DNA from: Prorocentrum cordatum
Taxonomy: Eukaryota
Assembly (NCBI GenBank): GCA_963575745.1
Contig: CAUYUJ010000237.1
Location: 434,001-498,000, forward strand
DNA length: 64,000 bases
Reading direction: 5' to 3'
Position 1 is the first letter of the stretch, and every line of letters starts with the position of its first letter. Position numbers and translations under genes: made by a program. This document shows positions 48,751-62,770 of the stretch, piece after piece. A model generated the notes under the pieces. That model did not search any database and was not told where the DNA came from. It saw only the letters and a list, made by a program, of their open reading frames with translations.

Positions 48751-50439
48751 CGATTTTCTATGACTAAGACTGGGATTACCGCCAGTGCCAGAGCCGCCCA
48801 GCAGAGTACCGCACATATGGATCATTTGGGTGTGGGACTTTCGGGCAAACCACCGATACGACCACATTTACAGCGACATCCACATCACATACATTTTTGG
48901 GATTTGGAAAGAGCGGGCAAAGCTACCGACCAGTCGTGCCTTTCTTTACTTCGACCAGTGCCGGATCAATGCCGACACAGGTATACACCATCATCAACCC
49001 GCATCGGTAACTTTCCGGCGCCGAGAACACTACGAAGGTCGCCACTACCGACGCCCAACCACCACCTCCTTTCTTACATCCGAATTTCATATTTCAACCG
49101 CCGCCACCACCTATCTGAGCCGACAGCCCAGATCAGCACCAGAGCCGACATCATCGACGAGAGCAAGTACACGAACCACAACTTTCACGACGACGTCACA
49201 GGGAAATGGGGCAAACATACCCGCATCCTTTCAGTCCAACATTGGCTTGTTTCAGACCTCCCACCTCTAACCTCCGACTCCGGGAAGCCTACAAGTACAG
49301 CCCCAGACAGGTACCGACATCGCTTCTGTATTGCGACCCCTTGCGCTTCACCCTCGGGGGATGCAGCGACCGCGCCACTGACCTGGGCTCCGACACTGAC
49401 AGGTGATATTGTCTCTACATCTCCGACTCCTCACTCCGACCTCAGATTGAACCTCCGACCTCTGTACCTCTTCCCTCATCTAACCCCCACCCGTACATGT
49501 CCCAACCACGCTGCTGTATTATTTTTTTTGCGTTTCACTACCGGCGAATACAGCGACAACGCCATCGACTGGGACTCCGACGCCAAGGCGCGCAGATGCC
49601 CTTCCAACCTCAGGTATGAACTCTCATATCTGTGCCGGTTCGGCGTTGCATCTACACGAACAGGGTTACCGACACCGGCCAGGTTATCGTTCAGATTTCC
49701 AGCCGTCGGCAGCCGGCTTCCGACCTCAGCCTACACCAGTCGTCCTCCAACTTCAGTTCTCAGACCTCCAGCTTCCACCCGACTTCCTGTTCTGCCCGAC
49801 CTCCACCTATCGACTTCCAACCTGCACCATCTCCACGCCCCCACCTCCAGCCCCCAGCTCCCGACTTCCGACTTCCACCACATATGGACCTCCAGCTCTC
49901 ACAACTTCCTGGTCCCGACCACTGGCCTCCAGCATCCAACCTCCAACCACCACCATCTCCACCTTTCGACCTTCGACCTCTGACAGCCCAACATCGCGAC
50001 CTCCAGCCTCCAGCACCCGACCTCCTACGACTACCACTTCCACCCATCGACTTCTCATCTTCACCATCTCAGCGGCCCCACCGCCAGCCTGCAGCATCCG
50101 ACCTCCCACTTCCACCTCAACCTACTGGCCACTGGCCTCCACCAACCCAACACTCCGACCTCCAGCCACCACCATCCGACCTCACACCACCACCACCACC
50201 TCCACCGATCGATCTCCGACCTGCCACTGCCACCATCGACCAACCCCACCGTTCACTGCCGGACAGCAGCAACAATAGCACAAGTGAGCAGCAGCGCTAG
50301 CCCAACATGAGAAGCACTGGAGGAGGACGAGGCAAATACAACACAGTCGACGGCGACGTCCCCGTCAGCACACACCGAAACCACCAACGGGAGAGCGATG
50401 ACGGTGGTAAACACGACCAGCATATTCCAACACCGCATC

Positions 50440-53400
50440 CATCGTCAACCCAATTATTCACCATCTTACACAAAGACGCACGAAGCCTCACAACTGATGA
50501 CTCGATAGATGCACTGTTGCACGAGTTGGACGGCGTACATTGGGATGTACTTACCATCAACGAGACATGGAGAACGGAATCTCGTGAGATGTGGATCACA
50601 AAACGCGGGAAACACTTATTCGCAGCATCGGGCCATGCGGATGCGTCGCGTGGAGTTGCATTTCTCGTTCATCGGCGACGCGCACAACTGGTCAAACGTT
50701 TCGAAGCCAGCAACGAGCGAATCGCTTACATCGACATCAACTTCCCCAAACAGCATATCAGGATCGTGACGGCATATTTCCCCCACTCCGGCTACGCGGA
50801 TATACACATGCAGCACAGTACGACCATTTGGGAACGATTCGCGACGACGCCGTGTTGTAGATTTCAATGCGCAAGTGGGCAGACAGCCTGCCAATATACA
50901 TGATGATGAGGGGGACGACGACGAAGAAACATATCACATGAGCCGGAGACATACTGTTGGCAAATTTGGTTTGGGTTTGTTCAGCCCAAGAGGGACATGG
51001 CTCCGTGCGTGGTCTAACCCACCGATCATGATAATTGCAAACACATTGTTCATTCATTGTTCTACAACCACGACCACAAATTGTTCACCTACGCAAGCAG
51101 TGAACAAACAAAAAGAAAAAAAACGACACAGACACACATGTATTACATTTTGGTAGACAGGGCACGACGATACCAAGTAGTCGACTCGTACGCCTCCAAC
51201 GTTCCAGACCTCGGATCCGATCACCAAGCTGTGCACGTCAAGATGGACCTTGAGGCCACGACGAAAAGAAAGAGGAAACGGAAGCAACCGCACCGCGGCA
51301 CGCGATCCCATCCCCCAGCCGACGACCTATTTTTCCAGCAATGTTTGCAACAGCATTTGAGCGACCACAACCACGATGCCGACTTGGAGAGTAGGTGCCA
51401 TGACATTGGTGAAGGGCTCAAGCTTGCAAGCAAAAATTACCAGGAACACCAAGAGCAATCAGCCGGAGACCTTCGAGGACGCGCCAACGACGGACCGACA
51501 GCACGGCTCATGGCCATTATCCAACAAAGACGCGCAACCGCACCACGAGGCACAACTGCACGAAGATCCCTTGGCAAGCAAATCTTTCGACTGACAAGGG
51601 CTATCAAGCGTGCCGAGATGAATGCCGAGGTCGACGAGATTGTCTGCCAATCCAAAGGAAATTATATGGGTTTAAAAAACCAGCAAGCGCAAAAGTATGA
51701 TCCCATCAATGACCACAGCTGAAGGTATCGACGAGACAGATAGATAAAGCATAGCAGACTTATTCGCCACTTTTTTACGAGAACCTGTACAAGGACCCGC
51801 ACCGCGCAGCCAGCACCGGCAACACCCACGCGCAGACGCACGACGACGCGACCATCCCGTTTTTCACAGCATGCGAGCTCCACCAAGCAATCAAAACTCA
51901 AGAACCGCAGGTGCACCGACACCGCTGGGCTTCACGGCAGAAATGCTCAAAGCCGGAGGCACCATTTTACAATGCCATCTACTTCGACTATACAACGACA
52001 TCATCAAGCCTGATCGCCCCCCGCCAGACCAGTGGAAGAGCACCGCCATCATTGCAATGCACAAGTCTGGTGACCCCACACAACAGGGCAATTACAGACC
52101 AATTGCCGTCATCCCTTTGCTGTATTGGCTGATGTCTCGCCTCTTTTGCACCCGGCTCAGCGTCCTGTTCGGCTCGCAGCAATGCCCAGACCAAGCAGGT
52201 TTCCGCAAGAACTATTGCACAGGACCACTTGTTCACCACAACATTGCTTCATGAGAGCTCTCGCGGATTGCAGCTGCCGCTCTGGGCCGCCGCATCAGAT
52301 TTCAAGACAGCGTTTGACTGCGTTGACCACGACTGTATGTGAGACGCTCTACGACATCAACATATACCTCCCGCCTACATCACCTTCCTGCAACATTATA
52401 TAGCACGCAAGCTGGTACAGTTCGGACGGATACCAAAAGCAGAGCCTTCAACATCGAACGGAGCGTTAAACAGGGAGACCCGCTGAGCTCTTTCTTTCTC
52501 AACGCCGTCTTAGAGCACGTGTTCAGACAAGTGAATTTTGTTAGGTCACGGAAGAAAGTCGGGACCCACTTTGGCTTCTCAGCACAAGCGCGGATTACAA
52601 ATCTGCGTTTCGCCGGCGACGTGTTGTTGTACGCCACCAACCTAAGACTGCTCACCTGCTTACTTCGTGACGTACAAACCCACGCAGCTAAATGTGGTCT
52701 GTTACTACATCCAGAAAATACGAAGACCCTGACGAACGCTAGCCAGAGAGAGGGGAGAACAATCACCCATGTCGACATCAACGGCGACAACATCAGCATC
52801 CTACATTCCAGCCGCGGAATGAAGTACTAGGGAAAAAAATCACTATTCACAAATTTCATGACGCAGAACTGCACAACAGGATTGCCGCAGGGTGGGCCCG
52901 TTTCAATCAGCTTCGTTACGAATTGACCAACAAACGCTTCCCGCTCCATAGTACATTGAGGTTGTTCAATGGCATTACGACGAAGGAGATGCTTCTTATT
53001 CTCAGGTGCGTCCAACGGAAAATGCTCAGGCTTGCCACGGGAGTACCGCGGACGCGCAACGAACAACACCAGCACGCGCCCGACACCTCCGACGACGACC
53101 GCCACCACAACATGACCGACGCCGACGCAGCAAACAACCCGAATTACACAGCCAGCAACAGCGACGAGAGGAATATTGACGGAAAGGAATCACGGGCCGA
53201 CTACATTCGACGAGGCACGCGCGAAGCCACGGACCATGCTTCCCGAGCCCAGGTGGCAGAATGGGTTGTTCTATATTTCGAACGGAAATTGAAGTGGGCA
53301 TCCGTGTGGCGACACACGATTGCGACAGGTGGACTTTCTTAGCTGCCTCATGGGAGCCGCGCTCACATGACCCGCGCCTAGCGCACCGGCGGCACGGAGG

Positions 53401-53560
53401 TCAACGAAAGCGATGGGTAGCCGACATCCTGCATATCTTACGCGCCAAGGGCATGTGTGAAGGCCGCGACGATCAGGAACGCAACAACCAACGGTTACCA
53501 ATTGCAGCAGATGAGCGGTTATGGATGGATCTGGAAGGTGATTTTTATTCAAACACGCCT
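50440..53560 (+). pseudogene. RTE-like LINE ORF2 (AP endonuclease plus RT), many frameshifts
   Basis: APE 'DVLTINETWR', 'GVAFLVH', 'NERIAY', 'TAYFPH', 'DFNAQVG', 'YILVD', 'SDHQAV'. RT 'AEMLK', 'NYRPIAV', 'QAGFRK', 'DFKTAFDCVDH', 'VKQGDPLS', 'LRFAGDVLL'. Confidence 0.9.
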
Positions 53561-53869
53561 CCGCCCACTACAGCCTGTAGGTTTTGGAATGCTTCCCCGA
53601 GTCCAGCGTTACGTGTTCTGCCCGCTGGTCGTTTCTCCGACTCTTGTTCACACCTCTCCGACTCCGACTCCAGTCCATCTCTCCGACTCCGGCTCCGGCT
53701 CCGCCTCCTTCCCCCGACGCGTTTTCTGAGGGCTCCGGCCCCCCCGCGCCGCCTTATGAGGGCCGGTCCCGCCGGACCGATCTCGCGCGCTCGCCTCGCC
53801 TCGCCACCCCGAGGCTGTCGGAAGGGCGGGCCAGGCGCTTCGCTTGAGAATTCTTTACCATATTGTGAC

Positions 53870-54373
53870 ACTGAAGTTTAGAAATGACAGCAGCTTCGCA
53901 GACGGAGGGCGGGCCGTTTTCAACATGTGGCTCTCGCCTTGGTTCAGCGCACATTCGCCTAAGCAGCTGCATGGGTTTCACGGATTGAATGCGGGTGGTA
54001 TTCACATGTGATTCCGCCGTGCAGAGTCTTAATGACAAAGTGCAGGAGTTTCGCGGATTGAGGGCGGTTGGTTTTCAACATGGCTTTTTCGTTTTAGCGC
54101 CGCGCACGTTTGTTGTAACATTGCATGAGTTTCATGAATCGAGGGCGGCTCCTTTTCAAATGCGTTTTTCGCTTTCTCACATTCGTTTTGATCATTTGCA
54201 AGCGGGTCACGGATCTCTATGGTTGAAGTGCCAACAATGATGTTCTGCAACGATTCAGGATGTCAGTTCGTGGCGTTGAGAAATCACAAGGACAGTGTTC
54301 TGTCAAGATTCAACATCCCCAACAACAGCCAAATTGGTTTGTGGCGTTGAAGTCCCGAGATTGGTGTCTTGGC
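53870..54373 (-). repeat. Inverted copy of the 37322-37750 repeat family
   Basis: Its reverse complement gives 'ggcgagagccacatgttgaaaacggcccgccctcc' (compare 37694-37730). 54346-54373 matches 37322-37349 at 22/28. Confidence 0.75.
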
Positions 54374-55689
54374 GCGCTTCACCTTAGTGGACCCTGGAAA
54401 TGACAAGGCTGTTTTTTGACCGGTTCCGCTTTGCCGTTTTTTTGCCGGTTCCGACGCCGTTTGTTTACCTTTTTCCGTCGCAGTTGTTTGACCGGTTCCG
54501 GCTCCCGTTCCGATCCTGGATCCGTTTTTTTGCCGTTTCCGGTCGCCGTTTTTTTGCCGCTTCCATGTTCAAGGGACATTTGTTTGGAAACGGTGAAGAA
54601 ACGGCCCTGCCGTTTCTGGGGCCCACAAGGCGCTTCATCATCTTCAAACGGTTGTCTCCCAACGGGCCGTTTCCCTCAGTGGAAATGAACCTTTGTAGGG
54701 TCGCATGACAAGGGAGCTTGGAGACAAGGCTTATTCCAACATCATTGGTGAATCTTGGGTTTACACTGGTCCTTTTTCCCCTTTTCCTCCTCCTCCTCCT
54801 CCTCCCCTCCCACCTCCACATCCGCTTCTCCCGCCCTCATGCTCTCATCCCCTGGTCTCGCCCCTTTTGCCTTCATCTCTCAGGTGTCCCTCTCCCTGAG
54901 CTTATTCTCCGTTTTCTCATGACAAGTTATGCCAAGTTTGGCAGGTACGTAGTGGGACAGCGGTCATGGGAGTAAGTCTGGAGGTTGGAGGAAGGGAGTG
55001 TGGTTTAATGGATGTGGTACCAATGCTGACAAAAGGTGATGTACTCTACGATAGTCGCAAGAGCGTTGCATCCCGATTCCAACAGCGCTCGCTTTGCGCC
55101 GACGCCTCAAACAACGTCAAGATTCCTGATTTCAACTTTACGCAACGACCGCAGTTCTATGTGAACAACAGCACGAACATCTGTTCCAAGACGTCCGGTC
55201 ACCAAACAAGCAATTTTGGAAATTCCGAAAGCGTGATTCCAGAATTCCCATATCGCCAAGAACGTGGTTCCAGAAATTGCAAAATTTTGAATTTGTTGTA
55301 GTTTTAAGACAACTCATAATTCCGCAAATTCCGAAACGACGTTTTAGTCATTACGGAATCATATAACTTAATGATAGAAATTCTGGCATATGTGAAATCG
55401 CGTGCTTGGCGAACTGGCGTCATGCATTGGGGCTTTGTGTCGCCGTTCCGATTGGATGGCGGTCGTTTGGAGAGTTGGAGTGGTTCGTACCAACCCTCAG
55501 TTGCTGATAAGAGTTAGGGGGGCGGCGGGGACGTCGGCATTCTGGAGCTTGGTTTTTTATTCCGGGCCGATCGCGGCCGTCATTTTGCGGGCGTCGGGAG
55601 GCGGCCGATGACATCACGTTTTTCGCCGGCGGCGTCTGGGAATGCCTAGGAATGACCGGGGACGGGTAGCAGCAGCATGTGGGTGTCGA

Positions 55690-55930
55690 TTTGCACCACA
55701 ACGTTTGTATACACCACGCCGCTAATGTACACCGCAGCAGCTGCGGGCAACACAGCGCCAATGTGCACCACAGTGCCTGCGTGCACCATAGCGCTTGCGC
55801 GCACCACAACAGTTGCGTACACCACAACAGCAGTGTGCAACACAGAACCAGTGTACACCACAGTTCGCGCGTGCACCACAGCGTCTGCGTACACTACGGC
55901 GCCGGTGTGCACCACAGCTACCGCGCGCAA
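55690..55930. repeat. Degenerate minisatellite, about 18-bp unit ((g/a)caccacag)
   Basis: Read directly from the sequence. Confidence 0.8.
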
Positions 55931-56142
55931 CATAACATCGTTGTACATATAGTATGACAAGGAGCAGTTATGACAAAATGGAGCGCGTGTGATTTCCACA
56001 GGAAACACATGTTTTTATGTTTGCGCTTGCGCGTGAAGGTCGAAATTGGTTTATCGCTTGTCGCTACAGAAAGACGCGCATAACTGTCTGTGCTTGCATC
56101 GAAGGTCGACAGAGGCTTATCCCATTGTCGCTACAGCTTCTC

Positions 56143-57930
56143 TCCGTAGCCCTTTGTTTTTGTGCTCAAAGGGCTCCCCGGGCGCATGGGCGAGATCGTG
56201 CCTGCGGAGCAGGCCGAGCGCGCTTTGTATTCCGTGTGGGCCATCCTCGCCGTGGAGGCGGGCCAGCTGGCGCGGAGACTTTTGTCAGCGCGGTGGTCCC
56301 CAGAGCCCGCGGCGACTGCGGAGGGACACGAACAGGAGGCGTGTCCTGAGATCGTCTGCGGGGCCTGCCCGGACGTGAACAGCCTGCCTTGTCCAGCGGA
56401 GCCGCCGTGCGCGGCGGAGCCTGACCCGTGGCAGTTTGCCGGAGCGGGTGCGTGCGCCGCCTTCGCGGTCCAGCAGTTCTGGCGCTTCGTGGAGACCCGG
56501 TGCGGCCAGCCCCGACGTGTCCATGGCGCTGCTCCGACGCGACGCGGGGGCGGCGTGGTGGCGCGATTTGGTCCCAGGGGCCCTCATCGTGACGACGTTC
56601 GAGGGCGACACTGTGGCTCATGAGAGGCTGTTGTTGTGGCCCGTGGACGAGAAGATGTGGTGCATCCTCGCCCTGGATGGCGACGTCTACGTAGAGCCAG
56701 TGACGAAGAATTTTGACTGGGGAGTGCTGGACACGAATCCTCTTGACGATGTCGGGACGGTGCCAGACGAGTTCCCAGTGAGGGTCTATCGCTTCCGCGA
56801 CCACCCCAGAGCCGACGCCCTGAAAGAGCTGATACGAGACGGTCGAGCGGTGGTTCGTGCCGAGCTCGGCCGGGAGGCGCCCGAAGTGTCGATGGTGCTA
56901 ACCCCCTCCTGTGAGCGAGTGCCGCTGGAGTCTGGAGGTCTTCGCGCCGGAGGTCTTGGTGACACGTCGGATGCTTGGGAAGGCGTCCCCCAAGGCGGCC
57001 GCGGCAGCCTCGGCGCGACGTGCCGCTGGGCCCTGAGTTGGGCCGGCGGCCGGCCGGGCCCCGCCGCCGGCGCCGTTTGCGGAGCCCCCTCCCGATCAGC
57101 TTCGAGAGGTGGAGGCCACAGCAGTGGGTGAGGACTATCTCTGGTTGCTAACGGAGCCTACCGATCGGCGCGCCATCGGAACAGAGATCGAGGCCGGGGC
57201 GAAGGTGCTCCTAGCGCCAGGTGGTCTTGACGGGCTGGTGAAGCTAGATGACCACTGGCGGCGCGTCGAGTGCATGGCGCCCCAGGCGGCCCCCGGCTTT
57301 GCGAAGCACCGCTGTGACGAGCTGAAGGACGGCCTGGGTATCATCGGGGGGGGGCCGGGCGTTGACGAGTCCGACCTCCGCGACAGGCTCGGGAGGGCTC
57401 TCCCAGAGGCCGTCGGCGGAACGGCTACTCCCCCAGCACCCCCCGCTGCCGAATGGGCTGTCGAGACAGGCGACCTGAGGGCCCTGGTGATCGATTGCGA
57501 CGGCCAGGGCGAACGCTACAAGCCATTGAAGCAAGTGGCGCAGGAGAGCAGCAGCAAGGCCTACGAGACGCAGCGCATGGAGGGCCCTCCGGTCGCGTTG
57601 CCGATGGGGAAGCGGACGCTACAGACAGGAGGCGACCCTCGCCCGTGGTTGCGAGAATGGCTGCGTGAGAAAGGGATCGCCTCGACAGACAGGGTCGCGC
57701 ATGAGCTGCGCGCCCTCGCGGGGCCCCTCTGGCTCGGCGGCGCGTTAGACCAGGTCAACATCGGCGGGCTGTTCTGCATCGAGGCGATATGCCGGCGCAT
57801 GGCATGCATCGTAGCGGCTTGCGCCAACCCGGCCAAGCCGGCCTGGGGCCTGACCCGCTACTGCACTGGCCAGATGTCGGCAGTGGACGCTGTCGGCCCC
57901 GAGATGCGCAGCTTCCTTCCCTGGCGGGTG
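56143..57930 (+). mobile_element. 3'-truncated retroelement-like fragment (ORF1/gag-like, frameshifted) preceded by an SL-like motif
   Basis: Coding-like 'DTVAHERLLLW..WCILALDGDVYVE' and 'DLRAL..GERYK..EGPP..DRVAHEL..DQVNIG.LFCIEAICRR'. From memory it resembles ORF1 of dinoflagellate YR retroelements; not searched. Confidence 0.5.
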
Positions 57931-58029
57931 CCTCAGACAAAAAACTTTCCCCGGTAATATCGGATTTTCCCCGGGAAAATCGAACATTCCCCGGTGCAGC
58001 CCTTCCCTGGTTTGATTCCCCGGTAGAAT

Positions 58030-58310
58030 CTGTGAGAGGCGTCTGAGAGGCTTCTGAAAGGCTTCTGACAGGCTTCTGAGAGGTTTCTGAGAGGCTTCTG
58101 ACAGGCTTCTGAAAGGCTTCTGAGAGGCTCCTGAGAAGCTTCTGAGAGGCTTCTTCGAGGCTGCTTCGAGGCGTCTGAGAGGCGTCTGAGAGGCGTCTGA
58201 GAGGGTTCTGAGAGGCTTTTGAGAGGCCTCTGAGAGGCTTCTGCGAGGCGTCTGAGAGGCGTCTGAGAGGCTCCTGAGAAACTTCTGGAAGGCTTCTCAG
58301 AGGCCTCTGA
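58030..58310. repeat. 11-bp minisatellite (gaggcttctga)
   Basis: Read directly from the sequence. Confidence 0.9.
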
Positions 58311-58359
58311 GGAGGAGGAGGGGGAGGCGGATGAGGGGGAGGCGGAGGAGGTGGCGGCG

Positions 58360-58427
58360 ACTACTACTACTACGACTAGTACCACTACTACCAGTACTAC
58401 TACCACTATTACTACTACTACTACTAT

Positions 58428-58472
<45 letters not shown>

Positions 58473-58473
58473 G

Positions 58474-58514
<41 letters not shown>

Positions 58515-58528
58515 GACTACTACTACTA

Positions 58529-58610
<82 letters not shown>

Positions 58611-58681
58611 GAACTACTACTACTACTAACTACTACTACACTACTACTACCACTACTACCACTACACTACTACTACTACCA

Positions 58682-58754
<73 letters not shown>

Positions 58755-58798
58755 TACTACTGCTATTACTACTACTACTACTATTACTACTACTACTA

Positions 58799-58831
<33 letters not shown>

Positions 58832-59247
58832 ACTACTACGACGACTACTACTACTAGTACTACTAGTACTACTCTTATTCTACCCTACTACCACTACTAC
58901 CACTACCACTACTACCTACTACTACTACTACTACTACTAACTACTACTACTACTACTACTAACTACTACTACTACTACTGCTACTACGACTACACTACTC
59001 TACTACTACTACTACTACTGCTACTACTACTACTGCTACTACTACTTCTACTATTACTTCTACTACTACTACTACTGCTACTACTACTACTACTACTATT
59101 ACTACGACGAGTAGTACTACTACTACTAATGCTACTACTGCTACTACTACCACTACTACTACTACTACTACCTACCTACTACTACTACTACTACGACTAC
59201 TACTACTACTACTACAGCCACCTAGAACTACTACTACTACTACCACC

Positions 59248-59286
<39 letters not shown>

Positions 59287-59429
59287 GCTACTACTATTAC
59301 TACTACTACTACTAACTACTACTACTACTACGACCATCTACGACCTACTACTACTATACTACTACTACCTACCACTACTACGACTACTAGAATAATACTA
59401 CTATACTGCTACTACTACTACTACTACTT

Positions 59430-59484
<55 letters not shown>

Positions 59485-59672
59485 TACCACTACTACTACT
59501 ACTACTGCTACCCCTGCTACTACTTCTCCTCCGCCTAGTACAACTACTACTGCTACTACTACTACTGTTACTAGTATTACTACTACTACTACTACTACTA
59601 CTACTGCTACTACTGCTACTGCTACTGCTACTCCTGCTACTACTCCTCCTCCTCCTAGTAGTACTACTCCCG

Positions 59673-59716
<44 letters not shown>

Positions 59717-59804
59717 GCTACTACCACTACCACTACTGCTACTCCTGCTACTACTACTACTACTACTACTACTGCTACTACTACTACTGTTACTACTACT
59801 ACTG

Positions 59805-59858
<54 letters not shown>

Positions 59859-59966
59859 GTACTACTAGTACTACTACTACTACCAGTACTACTACCACTA
59901 CTGCTACTACTACTACTACTACTACTACCACTACTACTACCACTATCACTACCACGTCCACTACCT

Positions 59967-60023
<57 letters not shown>

Positions 60024-60025
60024 CT
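58360..60025. repeat. Interrupted (CTA)n microsatellite, about 1.7 kb
   Basis: Read directly from the sequence. Confidence 0.97.
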
Positions 60026-60190
60026 ATCCTTATTCCTCATTAGAATATACTCCTACTCCCCTCTCAGGCCGGCCGATAGGGGCCGCATCCGGGTGGTCCC
60101 ATCCTAACCTGTGAAAAACAATACAAAACCAACCCTTTTTTATTTTTTCCTTTCGACATGGACGTCCTGTCGTCCACGGCGATAATCCAT

Positions 60191-60572
60191 TGCAAAAAAT
60201 ACCACAAAGAGCACACGCGCGCGTTCATGTCATAATCCTACCGAACACCGTGTGTTTGCAAGCATTTCAACATAAAAACATCAAAAACCCAATGTTTTTT
60301 TTCACAAAAATTGTACAAATTTCCCGCCCGGGCTCTCTTGCTGAAATCATAGGAAAACCATAGGAATCTTAAGAATTCGGTCAAATCCAGCGATTTCACG
60401 TCATCGCGCGGTGCACTCGCGATGCTCTGTCATGCACCCAGGCCGCGAATCCTGTGCAAAAAAGACAACAAAGAGCACACTCGCGCGTTCATGTCAGAAT
60501 CCTACCGAACACCGTGTGTTTGCAAGCATTTCAACATAAAAACATCAAAAACCCAATGCTTTTTCACAAAAA
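60191..60572. repeat. Direct repeat pair of about 120 bp (60191-60311 and 60455-60572)
   Basis: 'aatcctaccgaacaccgtgtgtttgcaagcatttcaacataaaaacatcaaaaacccaatg' is identical in both copies. Confidence 0.92.
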
Positions 60573-60854
60573 TGCTTTGGGGTGTCCTGTCAGACCGTCG
60601 GGCTTCCTCCGGCCACCTCTGGCTTCCTGCGGTGTACCGGGCCATTCTCGACTCGTCTGGCAATGCGTGCGCGGCATTCAACACGCGCTCGCCAGTTCCC
60701 GTCGGCAACCGCCATCGCGGCCGCATCAGCTGTACCAAACCGGCTGGCCGGTGTGACTTCGGCCCCCAGTTGTGCCAGCTTTGCTTCTTATGTTGTGGGA
60801 GGGCGGGTGGGACTGGGCATGCCATGCTTGACTCGCTCGAGCTGGCTAGCTTGA

Positions 60855-61800
<946 letters not shown>

Positions 61801-61849
61801 TCCCACCCTCCGCGGCTATATTCAATCTCCTCCTCCTCCCCCCTCGCAG

Positions 61850-61924
61850 CACCTGCTGGTGGGCAAGTTTGTCAAGAGGCCTGCCAAGGCGGTTGAGGCG
61901 GACAGCGACGCGGCGGATTCCGAG
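61850..61924 (+). other. Candidate 75-bp host exon (HLLVGKFVKRPAKAVEADSDAADSE)
   Basis: Pyrimidine tract plus CAG acceptor (AG at 61848-61849), open frame with GC-rich third positions, and a GAG|GC donor. GC donors are common in dinoflagellates. Confidence 0.3.
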
Positions 61925-62049
61925 GCCATGCGCGCGCTGGCGGGGGGCAGGGAGCGGTCAGGGCAGAGGCAGCTGCAGGATCGGCGATCTTCAGGGCGCT
62001 TGGGTCGGACGGAGGACGTCAGGGGCACCGTTAGGGGAGGATCGGCTCA

Positions 62050-62195
62050 GGGGGGGGGGCGCATCGACTCCTGATCGCCCATGGACTGCCGGCGGGGGCT
62101 CGACTGCGCACCCCGCCCAGGAGGGTGTGGCTTCGCTGTCGGGGGCTTATCGCCGATCTATCGGCACTGCATCGCCGATTCCCGCTCGATTACCC
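62050..62195. repeat. Dispersed repeat, copy 2 (homologous to 1281-1425)
   Basis: See copy 1. Confidence 0.7.
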
Positions 62196-62641
62196 CTCGG
62201 CCTCCGCCCCCTCAGCCTGTCCCCCCTTCCCTTCCCCCTCAGGCCCCTGAGGAGGGGGGGGGGATGGGGAGGGGTTGGGGGACGAAACCTGCTGGAGGCA
62301 GCTCGTTTCGGTCCCGCCGCCCGGCGTGGGGATGCAGCCCCTGGCGCTGAGATGCGGCGAGAAAGCCAGCTGCGCGAGCTGATTCGCTAGCGCCCCCCGT
62401 TGCAACACCCCCTTCCGTTCGACCCGAGACGTGTCGCAACCCAGCATGTGTGTGTGTGTGTGTGTGTGTGTTTGTGTGTAACCCCGCTCAGCTCCACCGA
62501 TAGCGCGCAGCCTGTGTCGGCCCTTACTGCACCGTCTGCGTCGTAACTGCACGGCTTCGGTGGACAAGCAGCCTTGGGCCCCATTGCTCGTTTTGATGAT
62601 CAGCGACAGATGCAACCATTCCTCTGCTTCGTCGCCGCCAT

Positions 62642-62644
62642 TCG

Positions 62645-62676
<32 letters not shown>

Positions 62677-62688
62677 GTTCGTCGTCGT

Positions 62689-62736
<48 letters not shown>

Positions 62737-62770
62737 TCGTCGTCGTCGTTGTCGTCAGTTGTTGTCGTCG
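62642..62770. repeat. (GTC)n microsatellite
   Basis: Read directly from the sequence. Confidence 0.95.

Larger units (their letters stand above)
38509..53560 (+). mobile_element. Decayed RTE-like LINE (ORF1, repeat-filled spacer, APE-RT), interrupted by LINE-B; ends approximate
   Basis: The ORF1-like and ORF2 remnants are on the same strand, and the spacer repeats continue across the LINE-B TSD. Linking ORF1 to ORF2 is inferred; no TSD was found. Confidence 0.55.
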
